A stretch of DNA of 64,000 nucleotides from Ostreococcus lucimarinus (lineage: Eukaryota): assembly GCA_000092065.1 (NCBI GenBank), contig CP000601.1. One strand, written 5' to 3'. A program made the translations under genes and the position numbers. The notes under the pieces were generated by a model. It did no database searches and was not told the DNA's origin. It saw nothing but the letters and a program-made list of their open reading frames with translations. This document shows positions 7,233 to 17,837 of the stretch, one piece after another. The stretch's first letter is position 1. Every line of letters begins with the position of its first letter.

Positions 7233-10200
7233 GTGGATACGATGGATTCGACGCGGTGCGCGACGTGCCGGGCCGTCGTGCGCGGCGGCGCGGCGACGTG
7301 CGCGGAATGCGGGGCGCCGCAGGGCTACGATTCGGATTCGGACGCAACGATTCGCGTCGACGATGACGATGATGACGATGATTCTTCGCACTACGCCCGG
7401 GACGCCCGGGACTCGAGCGCTTCAGACGCCGACTCGAGCACTTCCGCCTCGTCCACGACTCGGCGTCGGCGGGAAGTCGAGTCGCGCGAGCGGGAGATGG
7501 AGGAATCGCCCGAGGCGTTGAAATTGTTGTACATGCTGAGTTTGTACACCGACGCGTCTCAGAAACAGTCGAAGTCGAAGTCTGCGGTTTCCAACAACAA
7601 CAACAACAAACGTTCTCCCTGGATTCGCGAGCTGCCGCTCCTGGTGCTCGTGTACGAGGGCATCGTGCGAAACGCGGTGTTCGATTACGATTACGCGCCA
7701 AAATCAGAAAAGATATTTGGAGCGTGTCCGAGGTATTTGAACGTCTCGGAAGAGGGACGAGACGATTTAGACGATTTGCGTGAGCTTGGTTTCATCACGG
7801 CGCTCAAGGTGACGAGCGAGACGTACGATCACTCGACGTTGTTGAAGATTTCCAAGAAGGGGAGCGAATTCTTGCAGAGGATGACGGCCTCGGGACGGTT
7901 CACGAGCGCGATGCGCCAGTCGGTAGATTCGTTGGTGCACGAAGCTGGTCACCTCCTCGAGGTGCGGTACGACCGCGAGTCCTCGGATTTTTTCCTCACC
8001 GTCCCCTCGATCGGGGTCCGCATCCGCTCCACCATCACGGACGTCGAAGACGTGCCGTACGTCTCGTCTCCGTACATCCCTCCGCACATGCTGAGCTCCG
8101 ATGCGTTCACACCGAACGCGTTGAACGGGCACAAAAAGGCAAAACGCGTGCTCGGCGGCGCCGTTCAAAGTAGTCGCGATATTCGCGACCCGCGCCTGAG
8201 TGAAAGTATCTTGCTCGACTCGGTGAAAATCATCGTCACCGAATACGTGCCGATGGGATCGAACGAAATGGTTTCTTTCTGTAGAAAACTCGGCACGGGA
8301 GACCGCGTCGCGGGCGGTATGTTCACCGCGGAAGCGAGCGCGACGCAGGACGAATTCAACATGGTGGTCGGGATCAACGCCGACAATAAAACCGAGCTAA
8401 AAGTCCTCGACGTCGACGAAACGCGATTCGTAAACGTCGAGGCAGACTTGCTCGCCACCGGGGCGCCCAAGAGTAACTTGGTGCAGCAGCAAATCGAGGT
8501 TTTCGGCATCAACTTTCGGGAAAACGGCGCCATCACTTACGGCATCGTCGTCAACGGCATCGCCGATCGAATTCGAAACGATATCAGCGTCGATTTACTC
8601 GCGCGCTTACTTTCCGACGTCCACGAAGACACGAGCTCGCTGGTGGGAAATTTATTTTCCGAGCGTCAGCGCTCCATGTTGAACATCACATACAAGGGCG
8701 AGCCGGACAATCGCGACAAGTTTACGTGCATCATCGCCGAGCGCGCGACGCCAAAACTGAAAGCCGCGGCGTACATGGATGGTGAAGATAACGAAAACGA
8801 GCTCAAGCAAGTCATCGGCGCGACGTTTTACGCGTACGACCTGAACGAACAAGAAGTCATCGTCTTTGGTTCACGCGGTGTCGTCGTCTTTGGTCCGCGC
8901 ACCGAACGTCATCACAAGCTTCTCGCGACATATTCAGCGTTCCAAGCTCGCTCGTTGTTCATCAAAAGTGTCTTCAGCAGTTGTTTCGCGCTGAACGACG
9001 AGTTGAAGAAGACGCGAGCGTTGATTGAAACCTATCAGATCGATCCGACGAACGTAACGCGCATTCGTTCGCGCCTCGCCGATCACACGACGACGGTGAC
9101 GATCTTGAGCGCCACTCAGCAGTTCGTGCTCGAGTCGCTCGAAAACGTCGACACGTCTCGTGAAAAGTTGAGCGCGGATATGAGCGACGGCGCGTCGCAA
9201 GTGTTGTACGACTTGTTTCAGTTGGAACCGTCGTGGAAACGCTTGCAAAGACGCGCCGTTGACTTGGAAAAAGTCATCGCGGCGTGCGTCAACGATCTCG
9301 AGTCTCTGCGAGAAATGAACGCCGTCATCGGCTCACGAAGAAAGCTCCGCATCAACGAGGCGATAGAAGGGACGACGAAAAACTTAGAGGATGCTTTCCG
9401 AGCGCAGGCGCGCAACAGCACCACGCTCGAGGTGACGCAAGTGATTTTGTCGGGGACGCTCGCGTTTGACATTCTCGATCGATTCACGGGGCAATACCTT
9501 TCGTTCACCGAGATTCGATGGGCCGTCGAAGCGGTGCAGCCGTACATAGTGAATGTTCCCGCGGTTTGGTTCATCTTGAACATGCTCGCGTGGTCGGCGT
9601 TGGGCGGTGGAATTGTTTATTTGATGCGCTACTTGGCCTACATGCATTGCAGCGTGGAGACGAAAAAGCTCACACTCAATAAACCCATTCATTTGTCGCG
9701 ATGGCGGCGATTCATCGCGACGCGCAACGTGGAGTCGACGGCTTTTAAGGAGGAGAACAACCGTCGCGTGGTGAAATACGGCTGGACCGAGCCCATCGAC
9801 GTCAAAAAGTGGAAAGGAACGCCCCCGAAGATTAACGTCACCATCGACGAGCGATACGGTTTCATCTTGCAAGCGATGATCATCATCAATAAGCGCACGT
9901 GTACGCTCTCCGGCGATGCGGTGTGGCGTCAATTTTGGAGCGATGTTTTCGTCGCTCGCAACGTCCACGATCAAAGTCGAGAGCTGTTTGACACCGACAC
10001 CGGCGACCGTTTGCAAACGGCCGAATATTCGTCAGAAGAAGAAGACGAGACTCGCCGCGACGTCACGGCCAAGATCATCGGCATCGACAACCGAAAGTCC
10101 ACGTTAAAGTGGCGCGATGGCAGGCAAATCCTCGCGCAAGACGACACCGACGACGACATCGATTCGGACGAGGAGGCGATCGCGAAGACGGGCGATTTGA

Positions 10201-10292
10201 CGTTTGAAGGCTTCGTCGCGTCCAGGTCGTTGAAACTCGCTCGAGAGGAAGAGAAGGCTAAAAAGAAACGAGCGGCAAGGATGGAAAAGTGA
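7233..10292 (+). CDS. Large hypothetical protein with an N-terminal zinc-ribbon-like CxxC-x10-CxxC, acidic tracts, a coiled region and one C-terminal TM helix
   Basis: 1019-aa ORF with balanced composition after the N-terminus. It contains RCATCRAVVRGGAATCAECG, VPAVWFILNMLAWSALGGGIVYLM and a K/E-rich tail. No family was confidently recognised; the C-terminal layout loosely recalls CorA/DUF155-type proteins. Confidence 0.6.
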   Translation: MDTMDSTRCATCRAVVRGGAATCAECGAPQGYDSDSDATIRVDDDDDDDDSSHYARDARDSSASDADSSTSASSTTRRRREVESREREMEESPEALKLLYMLSLYTDASQKQSKSKSAVSNNNNNKRSPWIRELPLLVLVYEGIVRNAVFDYDYAPKSEKIFGACPRYLNVSEEGRDDLDDLRELGFITALKVTSETYDHSTLLKISKKGSEFLQRMTASGRFTSAMRQSVDSLVHEAGHLLEVRYDRESSDFFLTVPSIGVRIRSTITDVEDVPYVSSPYIPPHMLSSDAFTPNALNGHKKAKRVLGGAVQSSRDIRDPRLSESILLDSVKIIVTEYVPMGSNEMVSFCRKLGTGDRVAGGMFTAEASATQDEFNMVVGINADNKTELKVLDVDETRFVNVEADLLATGAPKSNLVQQQIEVFGINFRENGAITYGIVVNGIADRIRNDISVDLLARLLSDVHEDTSSLVGNLFSERQRSMLNITYKGEPDNRDKFTCIIAERATPKLKAAAYMDGEDNENELKQVIGATFYAYDLNEQEVIVFGSRGVVVFGPRTERHHKLLATYSAFQARSLFIKSVFSSCFALNDELKKTRALIETYQIDPTNVTRIRSRLADHTTTVTILSATQQFVLESLENVDTSREKLSADMSDGASQVLYDLFQLEPSWKRLQRRAVDLEKVIAACVNDLESLREMNAVIGSRRKLRINEAIEGTTKNLEDAFRAQARNSTTLEVTQVILSGTLAFDILDRFTGQYLSFTEIRWAVEAVQPYIVNVPAVWFILNMLAWSALGGGIVYLMRYLAYMHCSVETKKLTLNKPIHLSRWRRFIATRNVESTAFKEENNRRVVKYGWTEPIDVKKWKGTPPKINVTIDERYGFILQAMIIINKRTCTLSGDAVWRQFWSDVFVARNVHDQSRELFDTDTGDRLQTAEYSSEEEDETRRDVTAKIIGIDNRKSTLKWRDGRQILAQDDTDDDIDSDEEAIAKTGDLTFEGFVASRSLKLAREEEKAKKKRAARMEK

Positions 10293-10457
10293 AAGCCGCG
10301 CGATCGCGGCCGCGGTGAAGCGAGGTAGGCCGCCCGCGTCGTCGTCGTCGTCCCTCCCGTCGGGTAGAATAGACAAATTGCTACGTCACACACAGAGAAC
10401 CGACCCAAACTTCACGTCGCGACGCGCGCGAGGCGCCCGACGTCGGCGTCGATCGCC

Positions 10458-11867
10458 ATGCGCGCCGCGTGCGTGCGCGTCGTCGTCCCGGACGTCCCGT
10501 CGTCGTCGTCGTCGTCGTCGGGCGCCGCCGTCCCGACCTGGCTCCCTCCCGGCACGGGATTCGTCTCAAAAAGCCTCAAACTCGACGTCTCTCGACCCTC
10601 CCGCGCGACGCAGTGCGAATTCTACGTCGTCGGTACCTCCCACGCGAGCGCGGCGGCGGCGGCAGACGTTCGACGGGTCATACGACGCGCGAAACCGCAG
10701 GCTGTGGTGCTCGAGCTCGACCAAGAGCGCGCCGACGCCCTCGTCGCGAGCTTCGTCGAACGCGCGCGCGTGATCGACGATTCCGAATACGGGAGCGATT
10801 TGTTGACCGGTATCATCGAATCAGAGCGCGAGGACGCGCTGACGGTGTACGGGGACGTGCGGGCGAGAGGTATAGGCGAGGCGTTGGCGGCTCGCGCGTT
10901 CGGGACGAACCCTTTCGCGATCGAACGGTGGAAAACGGTGTTGGCGTACGTGAAAAACGCGTGGGATGGTGGATCCGTGGGTGTTTCGAGCGATGGCGCG
11001 CTCGCCGCGGCGGACGTGGCGAGAGCTCTCATGGACGAGCCGAGAAATCTGACGCCGCTCGCGGGACCGGCGGCGGCGTTCGTCGCGGCGACGTTGGCGA
11101 GCTTGGCGATGCCGAACGGAGCGGAGAACGGTCTCGTGGACGCAGTCGGCGTGTTCCTTGCGCTTTTATTATTTTGCCCGCTCGTGGAGACGCTGTGGAT
11201 GGAAAGAGACGAGGTGTTGTGCGCCAACGCGTTGAACGCCGTCGACGTGTGCTCGGGCATCGCTCGAGGGCGGGTACGCCGCGTGCGATTTGGGTTTTCC
11301 ACCGATCCGTCGGCGACGAAGAAGAGCATGCAAACATTCACCCCGAGTGATGCTGGCGCGGTGCCGTGCTTCACGCTGAAACGTCCGCTGAAACGGGGCG
11401 AAACGAGAAGGCTGAACTTGTGGGAGCCGCGTTGGCTAGCGCTCATGGACTCGCTCGCGGAAGCGAATGGCGGATCCCTCGTGGGCGCCGAGCTCGGGTG
11501 TTTACTCGGGCGCGCGAGACATTACGTGAGTAGTTCTTGCTTTGAGATTCTAGGCGATGCGGCTCGACGTACTGGAACCGTGGCCGTTGAGGATTCCATG
11601 CGCCGCGCACGAGTGACGCGCGTGGTGGAGGGCGAGCGCCCGACGACAAAGGCTCGGAAATTGGAGGTTTGGATCGAAGGAATGGACGAGTGCGACGTGC
11701 ACGCGTTAGAGACACATCCGGCTGGGTATTTACTCGCGAGCGCGAGCGTCGAGGCGTCGCAAGCGCCGCGGATTGATGAAGACGACGACGAAGTCGTCAC
11801 GTGCGTCATCGTCACCGGCTTGGCGCACGCGAACGGCATCGTTCGCGGCATAGCCGAGGCGCAGTAG
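10458..11867 (+). CDS. TraB-family domain protein with a C-terminal LON-N (PUA-like) substrate-binding-type domain
   Basis: EFYVVGTSHASAAAAADVRRVIRRAKPQAVVLELD resembles the TraB/PrgY N-terminal motif. PCFTLKRPLKRGETRRLNLWEPRWLALM resembles the LON N-terminal domain start (LPLFPL...L.IFEPRY..M). Confidence 0.55.
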   Translation: MRAACVRVVVPDVPSSSSSSSGAAVPTWLPPGTGFVSKSLKLDVSRPSRATQCEFYVVGTSHASAAAAADVRRVIRRAKPQAVVLELDQERADALVASFVERARVIDDSEYGSDLLTGIIESEREDALTVYGDVRARGIGEALAARAFGTNPFAIERWKTVLAYVKNAWDGGSVGVSSDGALAAADVARALMDEPRNLTPLAGPAAAFVAATLASLAMPNGAENGLVDAVGVFLALLLFCPLVETLWMERDEVLCANALNAVDVCSGIARGRVRRVRFGFSTDPSATKKSMQTFTPSDAGAVPCFTLKRPLKRGETRRLNLWEPRWLALMDSLAEANGGSLVGAELGCLLGRARHYVSSSCFEILGDAARRTGTVAVEDSMRRARVTRVVEGERPTTKARKLEVWIEGMDECDVHALETHPAGYLLASASVEASQAPRIDEDDDEVVTCVIVTGLAHANGIVRGIAEAQ

Positions 11868-11923
11868 AATATTGTAGTAGTATATCACACTTAGTTTATA
11901 TGTACATTCTCTGGTGTCGTGCC

Positions 11924-14476
11924 CTACGCCGCGGCGTTCTTCATGCCTAACTTCTCAACCTTCGCCGCGACGATTTCGGCGTCGAGCGGAGACGATAAAT
12001 TACGCACGACGCTCTCGCGATCATCCGGACCTTCATCACCGCTCGAGCTCGCGGGGCTGTCTAATTCAGGAGTGTGGCACGTCCCGGGATGACCTTCTTT
12101 GGGTGTCAACGCTGTGACGGAGTGTCGAACCTTGACCAAGCGCGAGTCACACAAAAAGTGCGTCCGACACAGCTTCAACGCCTTACCCACAGAGCTCAGT
12201 TCAGCGAACTCGATGAAGGCGATGGCTTGCTTCTCGCCCTTTTCGAACGCCTTGTACCAGAATAACGCCACCTCACCGCATTCCTCCTCAAACTTGTCGC
12301 GCACGAGCGTCGGTTCGATCTCAGGGTCGATATCCGTCACGTAAACCGTGCGATCCGCCTTTTCTTGCGCTACTGGATCCAATGGCCGTGTCAGGGCGCG
12401 CTTTTTGCTGTGCGAGATCTCAACTTTGAGCTGGCAATCATCCACTTCTTTGCCGTCTAAATCCAACGCGCGCTTTACCGCTTCGTTGTCCTCAAAGTCT
12501 ATGAAAGCGTACGGAAACTTACTCTTTGGGTTGGTGAGCAACTCGACGTGTCTCACTTGTCCACATTCGGAAAACATCGCCCTGAGACTCCCTGGAGATA
12601 AAGTTTTCGGAATGTTCCTCACGTAAACTTTGCACGGCGGCGACTCCGGCGTCGTCGGTTCATCACCGATGGTCCGGGTGGACGTCGAGTACGGGTAAGG
12701 GAACGGTGGCATGGTTGCGCGCTGCGATTCGGCAGACGAGTCGCCCGAAGTCGAAGCCGCGGATCCGTGATTCGTTCGTCGATGCAAACGGAGCGGCGTC
12801 TTTGACGCACTCACGCGAATCATGCGGTTTCCAAGCTGTTCACCCGTCAAATGCAGCGCGGTTCCCACGCTTTCGAGGTCGACGAACTCTACGAAGGCTA
12901 CATTCGCCACGGCGTTGTTCTTCACTTGCAAATGCAAGCGGTTGACGGGGCCGGCGCGGTCCTCGAAAAGTAACTTCAACGCGTGCGAGTCCACGGTCTT
13001 GTCGACGTTTGCGACGTAAATTGTCCTCGCGCACGATTCAACCTCTCGTTCATTCTGCGGTAGCAGTAACGGGTTCACTGGGATCACCGCGGTGTCGCTC
13101 TTCTTCACCATGATGTTTTTCCCGTGGAGCGGCGTCTTGTCCAACAATAACGCCCGATCCACCGCCTCGGCGCACTCAAACGCCACAAAGGCGTAGCTAA
13201 ACTTGTGTGTGTTCGCATCACCGCACATGCGACAGTCTATGATGCGGCCGCACGAGGCGAAAACATCCGCTAATTCGCGTTCGCTCACGCTCGCCGGCAC
13301 ATCCTTGACGAAGACGGTGTACGGCACCGCCTTTTCGTTCGCACGTCCATCGCCGAAATATCGTCCACTGGCGCCGTAGAAGCGGCCACCGACGATACCA
13401 CCGTTCACGTGCACACCATTACGCCACTGCTCGCCGCGACCTCGGCCGCCACGACCTCCCACTCGACCGCCGCGACCTCCCGGCGATCGCCTGCCGTATC
13501 CGCGACCGCCAGGGACAAAGCCCGCGCCCATGTAAGGCGGCATCACGTACCCGTAGTGGTCGTAATGATGCGCGTTATGCATGGCTGCGTAATACTCGTG
13601 CTGCGCCGCCGTCATCGCCGCGTATGCGTACTCACCGTACGCCCCCGGCGGCGCCGGCGCGCCCATCATCATCATCGGCGGCGGCACCCCGTACGCGCCC
13701 GCCGGCGCGTACGAACCGGCCGCCATCGCGTGCGGATCGTACCCCCCGTACCCCATATCCGCCACCCCAGGCGGTGACATACCCTCCCCACCCGGCATTA
13801 AGTTCACCGGCACCACCACCGGCACCGCGAACTCGTGCTGAGACACCACCTGCAACGGCGTCCCCGCCGCCGGCACCACGCCGCCGTTCGCCATCGCCGC
13901 TCGATACCACTCCATGTACGACGGCGTCATCATCGGTCGTTCGCTCGACTCGTACGACGCGCTCTGCGACGTTAAAAATCCACGTTTCGCGCCTTCGTCA
14001 GTCTCTCGCGCGCCTTCACCGCGCCCCGATCGCCCTCGCGTCTTCGCGTCCTCGCGTTTAAAAAATCTTTCAAAATCACCAGCCGTTTGAAAGATCGCCC
14101 ATCTCCCGAATGTTTCCCTCCCGTCGCCATCGCATCGCCCGTTCGCGCGTCGCGCGCACCCTCGTCGGCTCTCGAGCGGTTTTCCCATCGTTCCCGTTCG
14201 CCTCGCGCGCGTCCTCGCGCGTCGTCGACGCGCGCGCCGTTCGATTCGCATTCGCTTCATTTTCATTTTTCGCATTCGCGCGCGTGACGGCGACGCCGTC
14301 GTCTCCCGCGTCGTCGTCGCCTCGCGTCGCGCGTCTCGGCGCGGGCGCGCGCGGGGACGGGCGATCGACGTCGCGCGGCGTCGGCGGCGACATCGCGCGT
14401 CTCCCGCGTCCTCGAGCGTCGCGTCGTGCCGACGCGCGCGCGCCGTCTCCGGGCGCGCGTGGCGCCCAAAGGTCAC
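11924..14476 (-). CDS. Multi-RRM RNA-binding protein (plant CID/PABP-interacting-like RRM pair plus two further RRMs)
   Basis: TVFVKDVP...CGRIIDCRMCGDANTHKFSYAFVAFE and TIYVANVDKTV...VAFVEFVDLES resemble the CID8-13-type RRM pair. Further RRMs are KVYVRNIPKTL...YAFIDFED and TVYVTDIDPEI...IAFIEFAE. The true start within the Arg-rich 5' region is uncertain. Confidence 0.75.
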   Translation of the reverse strand: MTFGRHARPETARARRHDATLEDAGDARCRRRRRATSIARPRARPRRDARREATTTRETTASPSRARMRKMKMKRMRIERRARRRRARTRARRTGTMGKPLESRRGCARRANGRCDGDGRETFGRWAIFQTAGDFERFFKREDAKTRGRSGRGEGARETDEGAKRGFLTSQSASYESSERPMMTPSYMEWYRAAMANGGVVPAAGTPLQVVSQHEFAVPVVVPVNLMPGGEGMSPPGVADMGYGGYDPHAMAAGSYAPAGAYGVPPPMMMMGAPAPPGAYGEYAYAAMTAAQHEYYAAMHNAHHYDHYGYVMPPYMGAGFVPGGRGYGRRSPGGRGGRVGGRGGRGRGEQWRNGVHVNGGIVGGRFYGASGRYFGDGRANEKAVPYTVFVKDVPASVSERELADVFASCGRIIDCRMCGDANTHKFSYAFVAFECAEAVDRALLLDKTPLHGKNIMVKKSDTAVIPVNPLLLPQNEREVESCARTIYVANVDKTVDSHALKLLFEDRAGPVNRLHLQVKNNAVANVAFVEFVDLESVGTALHLTGEQLGNRMIRVSASKTPLRLHRRTNHGSAASTSGDSSAESQRATMPPFPYPYSTSTRTIGDEPTTPESPPCKVYVRNIPKTLSPGSLRAMFSECGQVRHVELLTNPKSKFPYAFIDFEDNEAVKRALDLDGKEVDDCQLKVEISHSKKRALTRPLDPVAQEKADRTVYVTDIDPEIEPTLVRDKFEEECGEVALFWYKAFEKGEKQAIAFIEFAELSSVGKALKLCRTHFLCDSRLVKVRHSVTALTPKEGHPGTCHTPELDSPASSSGDEGPDDRESVVRNLSSPLDAEIVAAKVEKLGMKNAAA

Positions 14477-14497
14477 GTCGCGCGTCGAAAGTTCATG

Positions 14498-14611
14498 GCG
14501 GTTTCGCCCCGGTGAATACGACTTTGCGCGCGTCGTTCGCGTTTATGTATACATTCGGCACGCGTCGCGATCGCGGTTTCGCCCCGGTGAATACGACTTT
14601 GCGCGCGTCGT
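14498..14611. repeat. 39-nt direct repeat (GCGGTTTCGCCCCGGTGAATACGACTTTGCGCGCGTCGT) x2, period 75 bp, in a divergent promoter
   Basis: Identical copies at 14498-14536 and 14573-14611, between the RRM gene (minus strand) and the FZR gene (plus strand). Confidence 0.8.
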
Positions 14612-14897
14612 CTGCGTGTCGTGACTTAGTATCACTGTCGTCGGAAGGCGTCACACACGGATTACGACGACCGCGCGACGCGACCGCGCGACGACCGACG
14701 CACCGCGACGCGCGTCGCGCGCGACGACGACCGCTCGACCGCGCCGATCGCGAGCGGACGCGCGCTTTAACGCCGAGACGCCGAGACGCGAACCGAAAAC
14801 GCGCGCGCCGACGTCCCACGCGCGAGAAAACGGACGGGAATTGCGTCTCGGGAGCGCCGGGACGACGACGCTGATTCGCGGCGACGGCGCGCGCGGG

Positions 14898-16631
14898 ATG
14901 GCGAACGGGGGGCATCGCGGCGTGGACGTGGCGCGGCGATTGATTTTCGAGGACTCGACGCGACGCGGGACGGGCGCGCGCGATGGGAGCGCGCCGGGGA
15001 CGCCGGAGAGGGAGGGGCGGGCGAGCGCGGGACGCGGCGCGAGCGCGGGACGGGCGAACGCGGGATACAGCGATCGGTACGTGCCGTCGAGGAGCGCGAG
15101 CGCGGGATTTCGGGGTGATTTTAGTATGCTGGAGGCGTGCGCGAGCGTCGGGGTCGGGGCGACGGGAGGGGGTAGGGGTGAAGAGATCGGCGGCGCGAGC
15201 GGCGGCGGCGGCGGACGAATCGGTCGGGACGGACGCGGCGACGCCGATCGGGGACGGGAGGGGGACGCGAATCGCGATGCTGATAGCGCGGGCGCGCACA
15301 GGGGTGATGGTGGTTCGGCGCGAGCGCACGAGCGCGAGGATACGAGCGCGGCGTACGGGGCGTTGTTGCGAAGCGAGTTGCTCGGAGACGTGTGTCCGCC
15401 CGAGGCGTACGGCGTGACGCCGCCGGCGACGCCGAGCGCGGCGAGGTACCGACCGCGGACGCCGGCGACGCCGATCGATGGATCGTCGTACTCGTACTCC
15501 ACTCCCGGAAGGAACTTGTTCAAATTTCGCGACGATGGCTCGTTCGGGACGATCGCTCGAGGCGAATCGCCGTACGCGTTGAATCCAGTCGGCGACGGCG
15601 ACGGACCGCTCGGCATGACGCTTTTATCGCCGCGCCGCCGCGCGCCGCGAAAGATCGCGCGTAGTCCGTTCAAAGTACTCGACGCGCCGGCGTTGCAGGA
15701 CGATTTCTACCTCAACCTCGTCGATTGGAGTTCGAGCAACGTGTTAGCCGTCGGTTTGGGAACGTGCGTCTACCTGTGGAGCGCGTGCACTAGCAAGGTG
15801 ACCAAGCTGTGTGAGCTCGCTCCTAACGATTCCGTCGCCTCTGTGGCGTGGACGCAGCGTGGGACGTATTTGGGCGTCGGCACGAACAGCGGCGAGGTGC
15901 AGATATGGGACGTGGCCAAGTGCAAAAAGACGCGAGCGATGCTCGGGCACCGCAGTCGCGCCGGGACGTTGGCGTGGAACTCGCACACGCTCTCGAGCGG
16001 GAGTCGCGATCGCGCCATCTTGAATCGCGACATTCGATCACCGAGCGATTACTCTAGCAAGCTTCTCGGGCATAAGAGCGAGGTGTGCGGATTGAAGTGG
16101 TCTTACGACGACCAACAGCTCGCGAGCGGCGGCAACGACAATCAACTCTTCGTGTGGAATTCGCACTCGACGTCACCAATCTTGCGATGCAGCGAGCACA
16201 CCGCCGCGGTCAAGGCCATCGCGTGGTCTCCACATCAACACGGCTTACTCGCCAGCGGCGGCGGTACCGCCGACCGATGCATTCGGTTTTGGAACACCGT
16301 CACCAACACGCCGTTGCAGTGCGTCGACACCGGTTCGCAGGTGTGCAACTTGGTTTGGAGCAAGAACGTGAACGAGATCGTCAGCACGCACGGCTACAGC
16401 CAAAATCAAATCGTCGTCTGGCGTTATCCGAGTATGTCCAAGCTCACCACGCTCACGGGCCACACCCTCCGCGTGCTCTTTCTCGCCATTTCTCCCGACG
16501 GCCAAACCATCGTCACCGGCGCCGGCGACGAGACGTTGCGCTTTTGGAACGTCTTCCCCGGCATGAAGTCCCCCGTCTCGGGCGCCGGCGACAACACCGT
16601 CAGCACGCTCGCGCGCACGAGCATTCGGTGA
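14898..16631 (+). CDS. FZR: APC/C activator CDH1/FZR (CCS52-type) WD40 protein
   Basis: C-box DRYVPSR, then RKIARSPFKVLDAPALQDDFYLNLVDWSSSNVLAVGLGTCVYLWSACTSKVTKLCEL, GHKSEVCGLKWSYDDQQLASGGNDNQLFVWN and a terminal IR tail (..TSIR*). The first ATG is at 14898. Confidence 0.9.
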   Translation: MANGGHRGVDVARRLIFEDSTRRGTGARDGSAPGTPEREGRASAGRGASAGRANAGYSDRYVPSRSASAGFRGDFSMLEACASVGVGATGGGRGEEIGGASGGGGGRIGRDGRGDADRGREGDANRDADSAGAHRGDGGSARAHEREDTSAAYGALLRSELLGDVCPPEAYGVTPPATPSAARYRPRTPATPIDGSSYSYSTPGRNLFKFRDDGSFGTIARGESPYALNPVGDGDGPLGMTLLSPRRRAPRKIARSPFKVLDAPALQDDFYLNLVDWSSSNVLAVGLGTCVYLWSACTSKVTKLCELAPNDSVASVAWTQRGTYLGVGTNSGEVQIWDVAKCKKTRAMLGHRSRAGTLAWNSHTLSSGSRDRAILNRDIRSPSDYSSKLLGHKSEVCGLKWSYDDQQLASGGNDNQLFVWNSHSTSPILRCSEHTAAVKAIAWSPHQHGLLASGGGTADRCIRFWNTVTNTPLQCVDTGSQVCNLVWSKNVNEIVSTHGYSQNQIVVWRYPSMSKLTTLTGHTLRVLFLAISPDGQTIVTGAGDETLRFWNVFPGMKSPVSGAGDNTVSTLARTSIR

Positions 16632-16920
16632 TTCACCGCATTCTTTCTTTCGATACGAATCCGTCTGTACCGCAAACTTTTTTCATTCATTCGTCGCCGT
16701 TGTAACTCGTACCACTCGACGCGTTCGTCCCGTCGCCCGCACACCGCGCCGCCCTTCCGCGCCGCGTCGACCGTCCACCAGCGCGCGCGTCGGCGCACCG
16801 TTCGCCGCCCATCCCGCGCGCGTCGCCCTCGCCTCGCCGTCCGCGCGCGCGTCCGCGCGTCCCGAAGCCGCCGCGCGGCGTCCCGAAGCCGCCGCGCGCG
16901 CGCGCCTCGCCTCGCCTCCG

Positions 16921-17778
16921 ATGTCCGCGCCGTCGTCCGGCGACGCCGCGCCCTCGACGAGCGGACGCGCGGTCTACGACGACGTCCTGCCCACGGCCTC
17001 GCCCTGGGGCGTCGTCGGGCGTCAGGCGGTGCTCGCCGCGGTGGCGGCGTTCAGCAAGTGCGTCCTGGACGTCGCCAACGTCACGACGACGACGAATCTC
17101 GCGACGTTCGAGCGCGCCATCGCGAATCGCGATCGAGCGAACGCGCAGGGATTACTCACGGTGTGCAATCACGTGAGCACGTTCGACGACCCGGGAATGC
17201 TGAGCGCGCTGATCCCGTGGTCGGTCTTCGTCGGCGAGCCGCGGCGCGGGGGCGTGCGGTGGACGCTGTGCACGGATGAGATTTGCGCGAAAACCAAGCT
17301 GCGAGAGAGCTTTTTCTTGTGCGGTAAGGCGCTGGCGATCAAGCGAGGCGGTGGGGTGGAGCAGCCGGCGATGCGAACGGCGGCGAATCTGTTACTGAGA
17401 GGGGATTGGGTGCACTTGTTTCCCGAGGGTCGCGTCAGTCGCGACGGAGAGTTGGGAACGATGCGAAGAGGCGTGGCGAAATTGCTGTGCGACGTCGAGA
17501 TCGCGGGCGGAACGCCGCCGATGGTGCTACCGTTTTGGCACTCCGGCATGTCCGACGTAAAACCGTACGGGCGATGGGAGATTGGCGTGGGTAAGCGCGT
17601 GCACGTTACCGTCGGCGAACCGCTCGATTTGACCGACTTGACGGCCAAGTGCGCGCGCTGCGAGAAGAACGCCAAGGCGCGCGACCATCTGCACGCGCAG
17701 ATCATGCGTCGCGTGGAGACCGCGTTGAAAGATTTAGAAGCCCAAAATAGGCGCGAGCGCGGCGACGCGTCCGCTTGA
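16921..17778 (+). CDS. TAZ: Tafazzin-like phospholipid acyltransferase
   Basis: HxxxxD acyltransferase motif NHVSTFDDPG and WVHLFPEGRV, arranged as in tafazzin. Confidence 0.8.
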   Translation: MSAPSSGDAAPSTSGRAVYDDVLPTASPWGVVGRQAVLAAVAAFSKCVLDVANVTTTTNLATFERAIANRDRANAQGLLTVCNHVSTFDDPGMLSALIPWSVFVGEPRRGGVRWTLCTDEICAKTKLRESFFLCGKALAIKRGGGVEQPAMRTAANLLLRGDWVHLFPEGRVSRDGELGTMRRGVAKLLCDVEIAGGTPPMVLPFWHSGMSDVKPYGRWEIGVGKRVHVTVGEPLDLTDLTAKCARCEKNAKARDHLHAQIMRRVETALKDLEAQNRRERGDASA

Positions 17779-17837
17779 CCTCGTATTGTAACCGTCCGCG
17801 CGCGTCCCGGGTCAGCCGCAGAGCGCGCCTCGCCGCC

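Noticed and set aside
14493-15673. Minus-strand ORFs of 278 and 340 aa, and several plus-strand alternative-frame ORFs, over the FZR 5' region
   Set aside because: They are Arg/Pro/Ala-rich and overlap the FZR N-terminal region and its promoter. The same applies to the ORF stacks at 19.7-21.4 kb, 34.2-35.0 kb, 35.8-36.7 kb, 39.4-40.6 kb, 47.4-49.8 kb and 59.1-59.8 kb.
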